Shown here one piece after another: positions 18,277 to 26,687 of a stretch of DNA of 64,000 nucleotides; position 1 is the first letter of the stretch, and every line of letters starts with the position of its first letter. The stretch is from a virus. Lineage: Duplodnaviria; Heunggongvirae; Uroviricota; Caudoviricetes. The stretch lies in the IMG/VR virus record IMGVR_UViG_3300047159_000064; one strand, given 5' to 3'. The translations under genes and the position numbers were made by a program. The notes beneath the pieces were generated by a model. The model was not told where the DNA came from and did no database searches. It saw only the letters and a program-made list of their open reading frames with translations.

Positions 18277-18726
18277 CTAATCTGCCTCTCCGGAGGGGTA
18301 AGTCGCCGACAGCAGGGCCAGAGCCTCGGAGGCGACGTCGAAATCCCCCAGGCCGCAGCAGTCCAGCCAGACCTTCAGCGTCCTGCCCCAGCACACGAGC
18401 CTGCGATCCGAATGCCCGCCGTTCTGGAACCTCTCGACCCTGGCCCCAGGCCAATCCCTGAACCTGGCGACCGTGTCGAGCTCCGAGTCTATGACTTTCT
18501 CCATGTCGTCCTTGTATTGGGTGTTGCCCGAGCCGAACTCCAGCGTCCCGCCTTTCCACGCGGCGATCAGCTGGTCTCCCATGGGGTCCTCGAAGAAGTC
18601 GACTTCCTGTCCTCTGTAGCTGAGGTGATCGGCGGGCTTTTCCGAAATCCCCCTGATTGCCGAAGAGGCCGAAATCTCCCTGATTCCGCCCTGCCCGGAA
18701 ACCGAAATCTCCCTGATTTCGCCCAT
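18277..18726 (-). CDS. hypothetical protein; N-terminal 30 codons are encoded by three tandem copies of the palindromic GAAATCTCCCTGATT motif (true start may be the internal Met near 18582)
   Basis: ORF track; MGEIREISVSGQGGIREISASSAIRGISEK comes from the repeats. Confidence 0.4.
   Translation of the reverse strand: MGEIREISVSGQGGIREISASSAIRGISEKPADHLSYRGQEVDFFEDPMGDQLIAAWKGGTLEFGSGNTQYKDDMEKVIDSELDTVARFRDWPGARVERFQNGGHSDRRLVCWGRTLKVWLDCCGLGDFDVASEALALLSATYPSGEAD
18640..18725. repeat. three tandem copies of the palindromic motif CGAAATC-YCCCT-GATTYCG
   Basis: ccgaaatccccctgattgccg / gccgaaatctccctgattccg / accgaaatctccctgatttcg. Confidence 0.6.
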
Positions 18727-18730
18727 CCGC

Positions 18731-21131
18731 CTAAGCCTCCAGCACCATGCTCTTCAGCTGGTCCGAGAAACGCTCGTTAGGCACGTCGTCTATGACGTAA
18801 TCGCTGAGATCCTTCTTCTCGCCGACTATCTTCGCCACCCGCTCGTCTATCGTGCCGGCGCAAGAGAGCACCACGACGTTCGCCGGCCTCTGATTGGTGA
18901 CCCTCCATATGCGATCCGTGGCCTGAGAGAACTCCGAGTACGTGTAAGGGGTGTCCAAGGCTATCATGTAGCTGGCCGCGTTGAGCGTTATGCCGGTCGA
19001 GCATTTGCCGAACGTGCCGATGAACGCCTGCTCCTTCGGGTCGGTCTGGAACCTCTCGACGTCGGCGGAGAACACGTCGTCCGGCGTATCTCCAGTGTTT
19101 ATCGAGCCTTTGACCTTGCCTCTCAGCATGTCCGCCAGCTCGTATATCGATTCTTTGAACGTGCCGAAAACGACTACTTTCTCGCCCTGTGACGCGAGCT
19201 CCTCGACGAGCTCGGCGCAGCGCTCCAGCTTGGTGGCAGGTATCTGCTGGGAAGTCAGTATGCTCGGGCAGGACGTGGCCTGCCTGAGCCTGGTCGTGAG
19301 GGCCAGCAGGTTCGCCGGCTTCAGATCTATCTTGTCGGCCTCTTCGCGGACGCCGTCGGCGATCGCGTCGTAGAAGCGCCTGTGCTCGTCGTCCATGTCG
19401 AGCGATTCGTAGGTCACCGTCTTAGGCGGCAGAGAGTCCCTGACCTGGTCGAGCGTCCTCCTGAGGCTGCAGGAGTCGAGCTCCTCCTTCAGCAGATCGA
19501 GGTTCTTGTATCCGACTATCTGGCTGTCGTTGAATCCGCCGAATTCGCAGTATTGCGACTTGAACATCGTCAGCGTCGATCTGTCGTTCTCCGTCCACGA
19601 CAGCGGGACGTACATCGAAATCGGGCTGTTGGTCAGAAGGGTGCCGGTGGCTGCGACTTCGAACGGGGCCTTCAGCTTGAGCAGATTGGTGCCCTGGGTC
19701 GATGACTTAGTCGCGCAGTTATGGACTAAAATGCCGTTCGCATAGAAATTATGGTTGCCCTCGACCGCGAGATCGTAAACTGGCTCTGCTGCTATTACTT
19801 TTTTAGATACTAACTTTGCCATTTTTATGCCAGCTCCCGCCGCCGCTTAAGCCCAGATACCTATTTAATGCGCGAATTTGATTGTATGGGATAAGATAGA
19901 TAAGTTCCAGATGCCTATTAGGGCAATTGTTTTTGTATTTGAGATAATCTCGCTTATAATCTTCGATCTTTACGCCATGAGCCGATATAAAAGCTTCCCA
20001 GTGTAACTTTTTTCTTTCCTTGCCGGAAATCTTTGCGGCGTCTTTCATCCTTTGTCTGTACTCTGGCGTTTTTCACAGCTCTGCTGAGCGCTCTTGCATT
20101 GCGGCTATGCCTTTAGCAATCTTTATATCATCGTCCGCAGTTAAATCTTTTGCCTTTACCCAGCCGCGGTTGTTGGTGTATATCTTGTGCGACGCCGTGC
20201 ATTTTAGCTTTATTGTTCTGTTATCGTCGATCAAGGTCAGCTCCAGAAGCGGCTCTCTCGGCTGCGATTCCGTTACGGACGAAATCTGCCGAAATTCGTT
20301 TTGCCCTGTTTTCTTATTGTAGGAAAGCACCTTAGGCAGAGCTTTTAATTGGCTGATTTCGCCGATAGTAAATTTTCCGGCGTCGGTCAATACTACAGAA
20401 TCTCCGGTAAGGCATTTATGGATTTCGTCGACCGCTATCATGCCGAATTTCGTCTCTGACTTCAGGAAGGCCGCGGTCACCGCGGGGGACCTGAGCGTCT
20501 CGACGTTCGTGATCACGAAAAACTCGGCGATCTCGCCTTTGAGCTCTTTGGCCCTCTCAGGCAGAGACGCGTAATGCACCCTGCCCTTCTTGCTTATCCT
20601 CTCGCCTAAGATCCTGCAGCTCTCGTTCGAGAACCTGGAGATCTCTTTCTTCCAGTTCTGCTTGACCGCGTTGACCCCGCAGACTATGAAGCAGTGCTCT
20701 ATGGCCCCTCTGCGCTTGAGGGCTTCGGCCAGTCAGATTATTTCGGCAGTCTTGCCCAGGCCCATCGAGTCGAGCAGAAGCCACTTGGGGTGTTTTAGCC
20801 CGAAGTCGACCGCTTCTATCTGATGCCTGAACGGCGGCTGCTTGAGGCCGTCTATCTCTTCCTGGGACAGCGGGCGGAATCCCCCTGATTCCGACTCGCC
20901 TTCCGGCCAATCCAGGAGATTCAGCCTCACCTGATCGATGAAAACGGCCGAGTCCAGCAATTGGGCCAGGCAGCTCGCCGGTATCTCTCAGATCCGGTCT
21001 TTCTTGTGGTAGTATCAGTTCGGCAGGGCCTTCAGCGCGGCGACCAAGGCCTCGCTGTACTCCGACCTGACCACGAAGCTGGAAAGCCCGCTGACTTTGC
21101 CCGGCGGGCTGACTTCCGTAATCTCTATCAT
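18731..21131 (-). CDS. SNF2-family helicase containing an intein (with HNH-like endonuclease) after motif II; 4 in-frame TGA codons (about 21015, 20988, 20733, 20073) and a +1 frame break at an A5 run near 19822-19850
   Basis: GLGKT Walker A; DEIHK then CLTGDS intein N-terminus; VYDLAVEGNHNFYANGILVHN-C intein C-terminus; ATGTLLTNSP motif III; QATDRIWRVTNQ motif VI; ORFs 20733-20960, 20073-20579 and 19803-20048 share one frame, separated only by TGA. Confidence 0.65.
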
Positions 21132-21240
21132 GGCCTAAAGCCTCCTAAGAATCCTCGACGCTAAAAAGCGCCCAAAGGCGAAATCTCCCCGATTCCGGCT
21201 CCTTCGCGGCGCGCGAAAACGAAATCTCCCCGATTCCGCC

Positions 21241-21564
21241 TTAGTCTCCCAGTATGGAGGAATAAGGGGTCGTGAAATCGAGCTCTTCGTCCTCCGGCTT
21301 CGTCTTGACGGTCAGAGTCGCCTCTACGACGAACGGCTTCCCGCAGCTCTCGCACGTGAAGTGCTCGACCAGGGTCGGCTCGTCGCCTTCCTTGTATTCC
21401 TCGTAGATGATCTTGCCGAGGGCGTCCTTGATGACGGACGACGGCTTGCCCAGGATCTCCCCCGGCATGAACACCTCCGTCGGGTGGTACTCGCAGTGGC
21501 AGTAAGGGCAGACCACCGTGGCCTTCTTCTGCTGATCGGCTTTCTGGCCGTTTGATGCTGGCAT
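21241..21564 (-). CDS. zinc-ribbon protein (CPYCHC...CESCG)
   Basis: ORF track; two Cys pairs. Confidence 0.5.
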   Translation of the reverse strand: MPASNGQKADQQKKATVVCPYCHCEYHPTEVFMPGEILGKPSSVIKDALGKIIYEEYKEGDEPTLVEHFTCESCGKPFVVEATLTVKTKPEDEELDFTTPYSSILGD

Positions 21565-21720
21565 AGATAAAGTCTCCTTCGGGCCCGCGCTTGGGCGGGG
21601 CTATGGCGCAATCGCCTCTGATATACTATACGGCTTTCGCCTGCGCGGTATGGCCCGAAATTTGGCTGAATTCAGACATTCGCCTAGGCCGGAAAAACGA
21701 GATCTCCCCGATTTCGGCCT

Positions 21721-21835
21721 CGCATGCGCGCGCACGCATATATACGCGCGCCCGCGCGCGCCTCTTGTCTGGATCTATATGATCCAGCGCTATACGCGCG
21801 CACGCACGCGCGCGCCTCTTGTCTGGATCTATAGG
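21721..21835. repeat. two direct repeats of about 50 bp containing alternating CG tracts (cgcgcgcnCGCGCGCGCCTCTTGTCTGGATCTATA) plus the GGATCTATATGATCC palindrome
   Basis: Visible duplication; (CG)n stretches have Z-DNA potential. Confidence 0.55.
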
Positions 21836-21949
21836 ACTGGAGTATTATAATACAGACATACTAAAGATAGTTAATAATAAGTCATACGCTAAAGCGTATG
21901 ACGGGGGACAGGCCCCCGGGCCGCCTGCTTCAGCTCAGCCCTTTCCCTT

Positions 21950-22110
21950 CAGTTTTTAATAATTTAATAAATCATTAATTTAATAAATCATTAAGTCATT
22001 AAATTATTAGTTTAATAAATCATTAAATTATTAAGTCATTAAATTATTAATTTATTAAGTTAATAAATTATTAAGTCATTAAATTATTAAATCATTAAAA
22101 ACGCGAAAAC
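21950..22110. repeat. AT-rich tandem iteron array (units TTAATAAATCATTAA and ATTATTAAGTCATTAAATTATT)
   Basis: Nearly pure A/T tandem repeats inside a GC-rich genome; candidate origin or DNA-unwinding element. Confidence 0.6.
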
Positions 22111-22185
22111 ATCAGCCGAAATCTGACTAATTAGCCAATCGCAAAGAAAAGGCCTTTTCGAGAGATCGCCGTTTTCGGATTTTAA

Positions 22186-22217
22186 GTATTATTATTATCT
22201 ATAATAATAATACTTAC
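22186..22217. repeat. 32-bp palindrome AAGTATTATTATTAT-CTA-TAATAATAATACTT
   Basis: Exact inverted repeat. Confidence 0.55.
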
Positions 22218-22275
22218 CCATTGTATCATACCGCCTTTCGGGGCCAAAGTAAACGTTTTTCCGAAGAAAATCTCC
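22218..22275 (-). promoter_or_regulatory. early promoter box copy 15 (TTTACT-17-TATGAT) pointing into the repeat/origin region
   Basis: agtaaacgtttttccgaagaaaatctcc with an attgtatcatacc -10. Confidence 0.55.
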
Positions 22276-22552
22276 GGCTTCCCAGACCGGGCTCAGGAGC
22301 AGATTCGCGCAAACGGCTCGTTTTGGAGCGATTCGAGGCTCGGCAAGCAATTTATACTAGGAAGCCGACGAAACTCCCCACGGCTTGAATTAGGCTTGTT
22401 TTTGGAGGCTTCGGGGATATTTCCTTCCTGGCCGCGGGAGAGAAAAACGAAATTTCCTCGATTTCGGCATCAGAAAACGATGCCGGGCCAGGCCGAATCG
22501 CAAAATTCCCGAAAAGCCCTTTCGCGCGCGGGAGAACGCCGTATGATATGGT

Positions 22553-22891
22553 ATGAGCAAAACGAAGAAGGAATTCCTGGGGCTCAGACCCAAAAGGCGC
22601 AAAGGGCGCAAGCCGGACGCCGCGGACGAGTATGCGGCGAAGTCGGTGCCGGAAGGGCCGTACTGCGCGGACTGGCCGGTCTGCCCCTTCCACACCTACA
22701 GGAAGATGTCGAAAAAGGAATTCAGGAGATTCCGCGAGACGAGGCCGACGCCTTCGTGGTCTAGGCGGGAGCGCATGGAATACTGCGCCCTGCTCCATGA
22801 CTTCCTGTCCATCCAGGACGGCGTGAAGGACTGCGGCATAAACGACGACTGGCCTGAGGAGAAGCCGGAAAGCGGCGGGGAGAAAAAATAA
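22553..22891 (+). CDS. hypothetical protein (112 aa), plus-strand island
   Basis: ORF track; TAA stop overlaps the next ATG (TAATG). Confidence 0.5.
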   Translation: MSKTKKEFLGLRPKRRKGRKPDAADEYAAKSVPEGPYCADWPVCPFHTYRKMSKKEFRRFRETRPTPSWSRRERMEYCALLHDFLSIQDGVKDCGINDDWPEEKPESGGEKK

Positions 22892-23550
22892 TGGCTGATG
22901 AGAAAAGCGAGTCGGCGGCTGAAGGTTTCTACGAGCTGAACGGGGTCATGGCCAAAGACGTGGCGGGGATCCCGATGACCGTCGACGAGATAGCCAAAGC
23001 CTACGCGGAGGGGCTCAAAGACGGCTCGATGCCCTACATGTCCAGACCCCCGAAGCCGGCCGGAGAGAAGGAGCTCGCCGGGTATTTCGGGCTCTCGGCC
23101 AGGAGATGCCACGAAGGCTGGCTCGAGGCCAAGCGGGCGAACGGCTGGAAGTACGGGCCGAAGGCGGATCCGGCGGAGAAGACGAACCCCTACGTCGTCC
23201 CTTTCGACGATCTCCCGGCGGAGATAAAGGAATCCAACGAGGCTGGCTCCAAGGCAGCCTTAGAGGCTTTGTCCGATCTCGGGCTCATCCCGACCAAGGA
23301 GGGCGATCTCGCTTGGGCCATCGCCCAGAGGCTCCACGACGCCTGGTCCGAGAAAAAGCTCGAGCAAGGCTGGTCCTGCGGCCCGGTCAGGGACGATCGG
23401 AAGAAAATCCATCCCGATCTGCTGCCCTATTCGGCGCTGAGCGATGAGGATCGGTCGTATGACTACGAGGCGGCCTGCTCGGCGCTCAAGGCGCTCAGGG
23501 ATCAAGGTCTGGCGCTCGAGGCGAAGCTCATAGGCGGGCCGATAGGATAA
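22891..23550 (+). CDS. RyR-domain protein (two RyR-like repeats: HDAW...GW.YG...D..K.HP.L.PY..L)
   Basis: Motifs HEGWLEAKRANGWKYGP and HDAWSEKKLEQGWSCGPVRDDRKKIHPDLLPYSAL. Confidence 0.55.
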   Translation: MADEKSESAAEGFYELNGVMAKDVAGIPMTVDEIAKAYAEGLKDGSMPYMSRPPKPAGEKELAGYFGLSARRCHEGWLEAKRANGWKYGPKADPAEKTNPYVVPFDDLPAEIKESNEAGSKAALEALSDLGLIPTKEGDLAWAIAQRLHDAWSEKKLEQGWSCGPVRDDRKKIHPDLLPYSALSDEDRSYDYEAACSALKALRDQGLALEAKLIGGPIG

Positions 23551-23702
23551 GGCCCTCTCGGCGGTATCGTCAGGCGGGCGAGAGTCTGCGGATTCGGCGA
23601 TTCAGCGAGAGCTGGAGGATGCGGAAGCGCGCGGTCTGTCGGGCTAGAGTCAAATCAGGCGTATCGGACTAGGCTCAGTTAGGCCCATCATAAAGTCAGA
23701 AT

Positions 23703-23738
23703 AAAAAAAAAGAGTCAGGCTTTGCCTGGCTTTTTTTA
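23703..23738. terminator. bidirectional terminator (A9-hairpin-T7) closing the plus-strand island
   Basis: aaaaaaaaagagtcaggctttgcctggcttttttt. Confidence 0.55.
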
Positions 23739-23859
23739 TTTTACCGACGGAGCTCGGACGGTCGGCCCTTCCGCGGAGTCGGAGCCGAGCTCTCGAAGTC
23801 GCTCTCCCTTCGGATCGGACTTCGCATAGTTTAGCTTTCAATGTTTTAATGACTTGCCG

Positions 23860-24330
23860 CTGATAGGCCGCGAGCGGCGGATGAAAGCCTGCGCGACAGG
23901 CGAGAGCCCTTGACCGCGGATGCGTCAGACAAGCCTGCGTCTGATGAGCCCTGTCGTCGAGTGGCGCCGCAGAAGGGCGTCGAGCCGCCAGATGCCGATA
24001 TGCGATGTCGGCCGCGTCTGCCTAGTGTCATGCGATGAGCCATATGATATTATTCCTGAAGCGCCTGGATGAGCGCCTGCGAGCATGAAAGCCTGTGAGC
24101 GCCAGATGAGCGATGAGCCCGATGGCCTTTGCTTAGCCTGCGACGAAGCGCAGTCCGTGATGAGGGCGGTCTTAAGCCTGCCCATGAAGCCTGAGCCTGG
24201 CGCCCCATGATCTCCTGACCTGGCTAGCAGGCCTATGGCCGGATGAGCCTTTGGCCTGACGGCATTGCGTTATGCGAGCCATGCCTTATGCCTGATATGC
24301 GACGCTTGCCTCTGTGCTTATGGTTAACGC
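23860..24330. repeat. non-coding iteron-like region: GATGAGC at least 7 times plus ATGAAAGCCTG twice, in different frames
   Basis: Repeat units fall in all three frames, so this is DNA-level rather than protein-level repetition. Confidence 0.5.
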
Positions 24331-24621
24331 TTATGATGCCATGGCGGTATTATCCCTATATGATATTGCTTATTGAAGCCGCGGCTGACCAATGTCTGTT
24401 AGCCTGTAGGGATACGGATGTTTTCTCCGTGTTTTGTTCATGGCCGGGGAAAAAGAAAAAGGCCGGTCCAGCGCTTCGGTCCTTCATTCTGAGCCCGTCG
24501 GCTCGAAAACTTGGATCGGCCTTCCCGGTCGATGTTGCTTTATTATACGGCTTTTCCTAAAATTCGGTCGTCTTTATCCCCTTGCTCCTGGCTATGAGCA
24601 CGCAGTAGGAAGTCCCGCCGG

Positions 24622-24882
24622 TCAGCCCTTTGCCGGTATGCCAGAGCACCTCGTCCGCCTTCGGTCTTTGCCGACTGTTACGAATGTGAACGTCAGCGTC
24701 GTATGGCCTTCGTGGTATTTTCCTGACACCGACCCGTCTATCCTGAATTCGTCGAACGAGCCTTTTTCTATCAGAGCCCTGTCCATCAGCGCCCGTATCT
24801 TGTCGCAGACGTCTCCGACCTGATCGGACGACACCGTCATGTAGACGCAGCGCTCAGGCGCGCCTTCTTTAGCCTTATCCAT
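24622..24882 (-). CDS. hypothetical protein (86 aa); C-terminal residues look frame-shifted or junk
   Basis: ORF track. Confidence 0.4.
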   Translation of the reverse strand: MDKAKEGAPERCVYMTVSSDQVGDVCDKIRALMDRALIEKGSFDEFRIDGSVSGKYHEGHTTLTFTFVTVGKDRRRTRCSGIPAKG

Positions 24883-25243
24883 TTATCTGCTTAGAAAGCT
24901 CCGGGTTCTCGTAGACGTTGCCCAAAACCTCCAGATCCTCCAGCTCATGGACGCTGTACACGCCAGAGTCTCCCCAGTATTCCACTTTCTCGATGTAATA
25001 AGGCCGCATCGAGCTGTAGTCGATGCCTTTGACGACGTCGCCTTCGTAGATCTCTTTGCCGTGGACGTCTTTCATGCCGGTTGACTGCATGAGCACGCAA
25101 TCTCTTCCGACGACCTTCGAAAGCCCGTCGTAGTCGCTGTCTTCGCACGAGGTCTGGATTATGCCTCCGCCAGCCAGAAGCAAATCGCTGACTCCTACCA
25201 TCTTTTTCTCTTTGATGAGCCAAGCCCTGAATTTCAATGTCAT
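24875..25243 (-). CDS. YopX-like phage protein (C-terminal GNVYENPEL)
   Basis: C-terminal motif typical of the YopX family. Confidence 0.5.
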   Translation of the reverse strand: MTLKFRAWLIKEKKMVGVSDLLLAGGGIIQTSCEDSDYDGLSKVVGRDCVLMQSTGMKDVHGKEIYEGDVVKGIDYSSMRPYYIEKVEYWGDSGVYSVHELEDLEVLGNVYENPELSKQING

Positions 25244-25270
25244 GTTAAATCACTCCTGACAGATAATGGT

Positions 25271-25933
25271 TTATCTGTATTTTATCCCTGCGCCTCTGAT
25301 GCGGAAGTTTTTTATCTCGAGATCTCTGTCGCCGTTTCCGCATTCGCATGCCGCTTCAGGGCTGACCGTTAGGACGATCACCTTTTCGGCGGTCTCTTCT
25401 TCGTCTGTGTACCCTTCGCCTATGATGTTGCCCATCTCGTCTATCTGCTCGCGGTAGACAGGCACCAGGATCTTCCTGTAGGCGAAGCAATATCCGCGCG
25501 GCGCTTTGGTCAGCCGCTTAGCGCAGGCTTCGTCTTCGTACAGCTCCGTTATCCCGGTCTGCTCGATTTGGCTGAGCTTGCTCAGGCGGTACGCGAACAG
25601 GTCTTTGCCTTTGGCGTAGCTTCTCAGCTTTTCCAACGACGGCTTTCCGGTCCGCTCGTATGCCTCTTGCTGGCTTATCGACTGCGGCCTGAATCCGTGG
25701 CAGGTACCTAACGAGCATTCGTTTTTTATGGTGAACGCCTCTTCGCAATCGCCTTCCAGGCAGATAGACCCATTCAGCGGATAATAGTCCATAGAGATAT
25801 GGCTGCCGAATTTGCCGGCTGGGCATTTCAATAAGACAAGCCGATGCTTGCTTAGCGCGAATCCGCCTTTGCCGTTCCATTTCTTATAATGGAGGAACGG
25901 GCCTTTTTTGGCGCAATAGATCAAAGCTATCAT
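25271..25933 (-). CDS. hypothetical Cys-rich protein (220 aa)
   Basis: ORF track. Confidence 0.5.
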   Translation of the reverse strand: MIALIYCAKKGPFLHYKKWNGKGGFALSKHRLVLLKCPAGKFGSHISMDYYPLNGSICLEGDCEEAFTIKNECSLGTCHGFRPQSISQQEAYERTGKPSLEKLRSYAKGKDLFAYRLSKLSQIEQTGITELYEDEACAKRLTKAPRGYCFAYRKILVPVYREQIDEMGNIIGEGYTDEEETAEKVIVLTVSPEAACECGNGDRDLEIKNFRIRGAGIKYR

Positions 25934-26187
25934 TTCTGGTCTCCCTTTACGACGTCTCCGTTTTTTATCATGTCGAACAGCGCTTCCAGCGAATCGTCGT
26001 TAACTCTGGCGTCTTCTGTGCTTGTGTAGACGCTGATCCAGCAGCTATCTGAATACTCGACGTACAGCATGATCGCGCATCCGTCGTCGCACCGCAGCTT
26101 TCCGAACCCTGTGTCGCAGTCAAAGCTGAATTCGTACTTGTCTATGAATTCCTGCAGGCCTATTTTTTCGAGATTTACTTTAAGCAT
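25930..26187 (-). CDS. small hypothetical protein, paralog of 26439-26687 (ML.(I/V)N..KI...F..KY...NGDVV..GD)
   Basis: Shared N- and C-terminal motifs; TGA stop immediately followed by TAG. Confidence 0.5.
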   Translation of the reverse strand: MLKVNLEKIGLQEFIDKYEFSFDCDTGFGKLRCDDGCAIMLYVEYSDSCWISVYTSTEDARVNDDSLEALFDMIKNGDVVKGDQK

Positions 26188-26227
26188 CTATTTTATTATA
26201 CCGTGTTATGCTTCGCGCGTAAGCGTT

Positions 26228-26458
26228 TTATTGCTGTTTTTCCGTTTTTATCTTGTTTTTCTGAAACGCGCAGATGCTCGCAAGCCTGTTTGCCTGCTCA
26301 AACGATATTACAGACTGCTTGCCGCTGACGGCCGAGTTAAGCTCGCTCATCAGCTCTTCTGTGACGCAGATCGTCGACTCCTGAGAAGTCGCGCATGCGA
26401 CGTACAGCTCGTCGAAGCTTCCTATAGGTTTTTCCATTCTATCTGTCTCCTGTGACAA
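26228..26458 (-). CDS. hypothetical protein (76 aa)
   Basis: ORF track. Confidence 0.45.
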   Translation of the reverse strand: MSQETDRMEKPIGSFDELYVACATSQESTICVTEELMSELNSAVSGKQSVISFEQANRLASICAFQKNKIKTEKQQ

Positions 26459-26687
26459 CGACGTCTCCGTTTTCTATCATCGCGCCTAGCACGTCCAGAT
26501 CGTCCATGAAGATGTATCCTTCGACGGTGTCTCTGACGAGCACGTTGACTATGCCGAAGCATTTTGATATCTCTATCTGAACGTTTCCGTTTAGGCCCAG
26601 CGCGACCATGTAGGCGCCTTTTGACGCCATATGGTATTTCTCGGCGAAAGCCTTGTCGTCTATTTTGCTGTAGTTTATCCTAAGCAT
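26439..26687 (-). CDS. small hypothetical protein, paralog of 25930-26187
   Basis: ORF track. Confidence 0.5.
   Translation of the reverse strand: MLRINYSKIDDKAFAEKYHMASKGAYMVALGLNGNVQIEISKCFGIVNVLVRDTVEGYIFMDDLDVLGAMIENGDVVVTGDR

Noticed and set aside
18731-21131. TGA recoded as Gly (code 25) rather than Trp
   Set aside because: Contexts are aromatic or hydrophobic (FEWRN, PFWWNRP with TGA-TGG, AFWDEYFNAVW, LIWGLC) and TGG is used alongside it. Gly is not excluded without homolog alignments, but Trp is favoured.
21950-22110. CRISPR array
   Set aside because: The repeats are about 15-25 bp, almost pure A/T, irregular and not separated by unique spacers; there are no cas genes.
23660-23700. 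tRNA (GGCTCAGTTAGG resembles a D-loop; candidate suppressor)
   Set aside because: No anticodon arm, T-arm (GTTCRANYC) or acceptor pairing could be built around it. No convincing tRNA was found by eye anywhere in the window; this needs a tRNAscan-SE run.
23881-24318. Plus-strand 146-codon open frame with 4 in-frame TGA (MKACATGESP*PRMRQ...CDACLCAYG) as a possible recoded gene
   Set aside because: It coincides with the GATGAGC repeat block, whose copies fall in all three frames; composition is Arg/Cys-rich and repetitive. Absence of TAA/TAG over 146 codons in GC-rich DNA has about 5% chance probability. Kept only as a repeat region.
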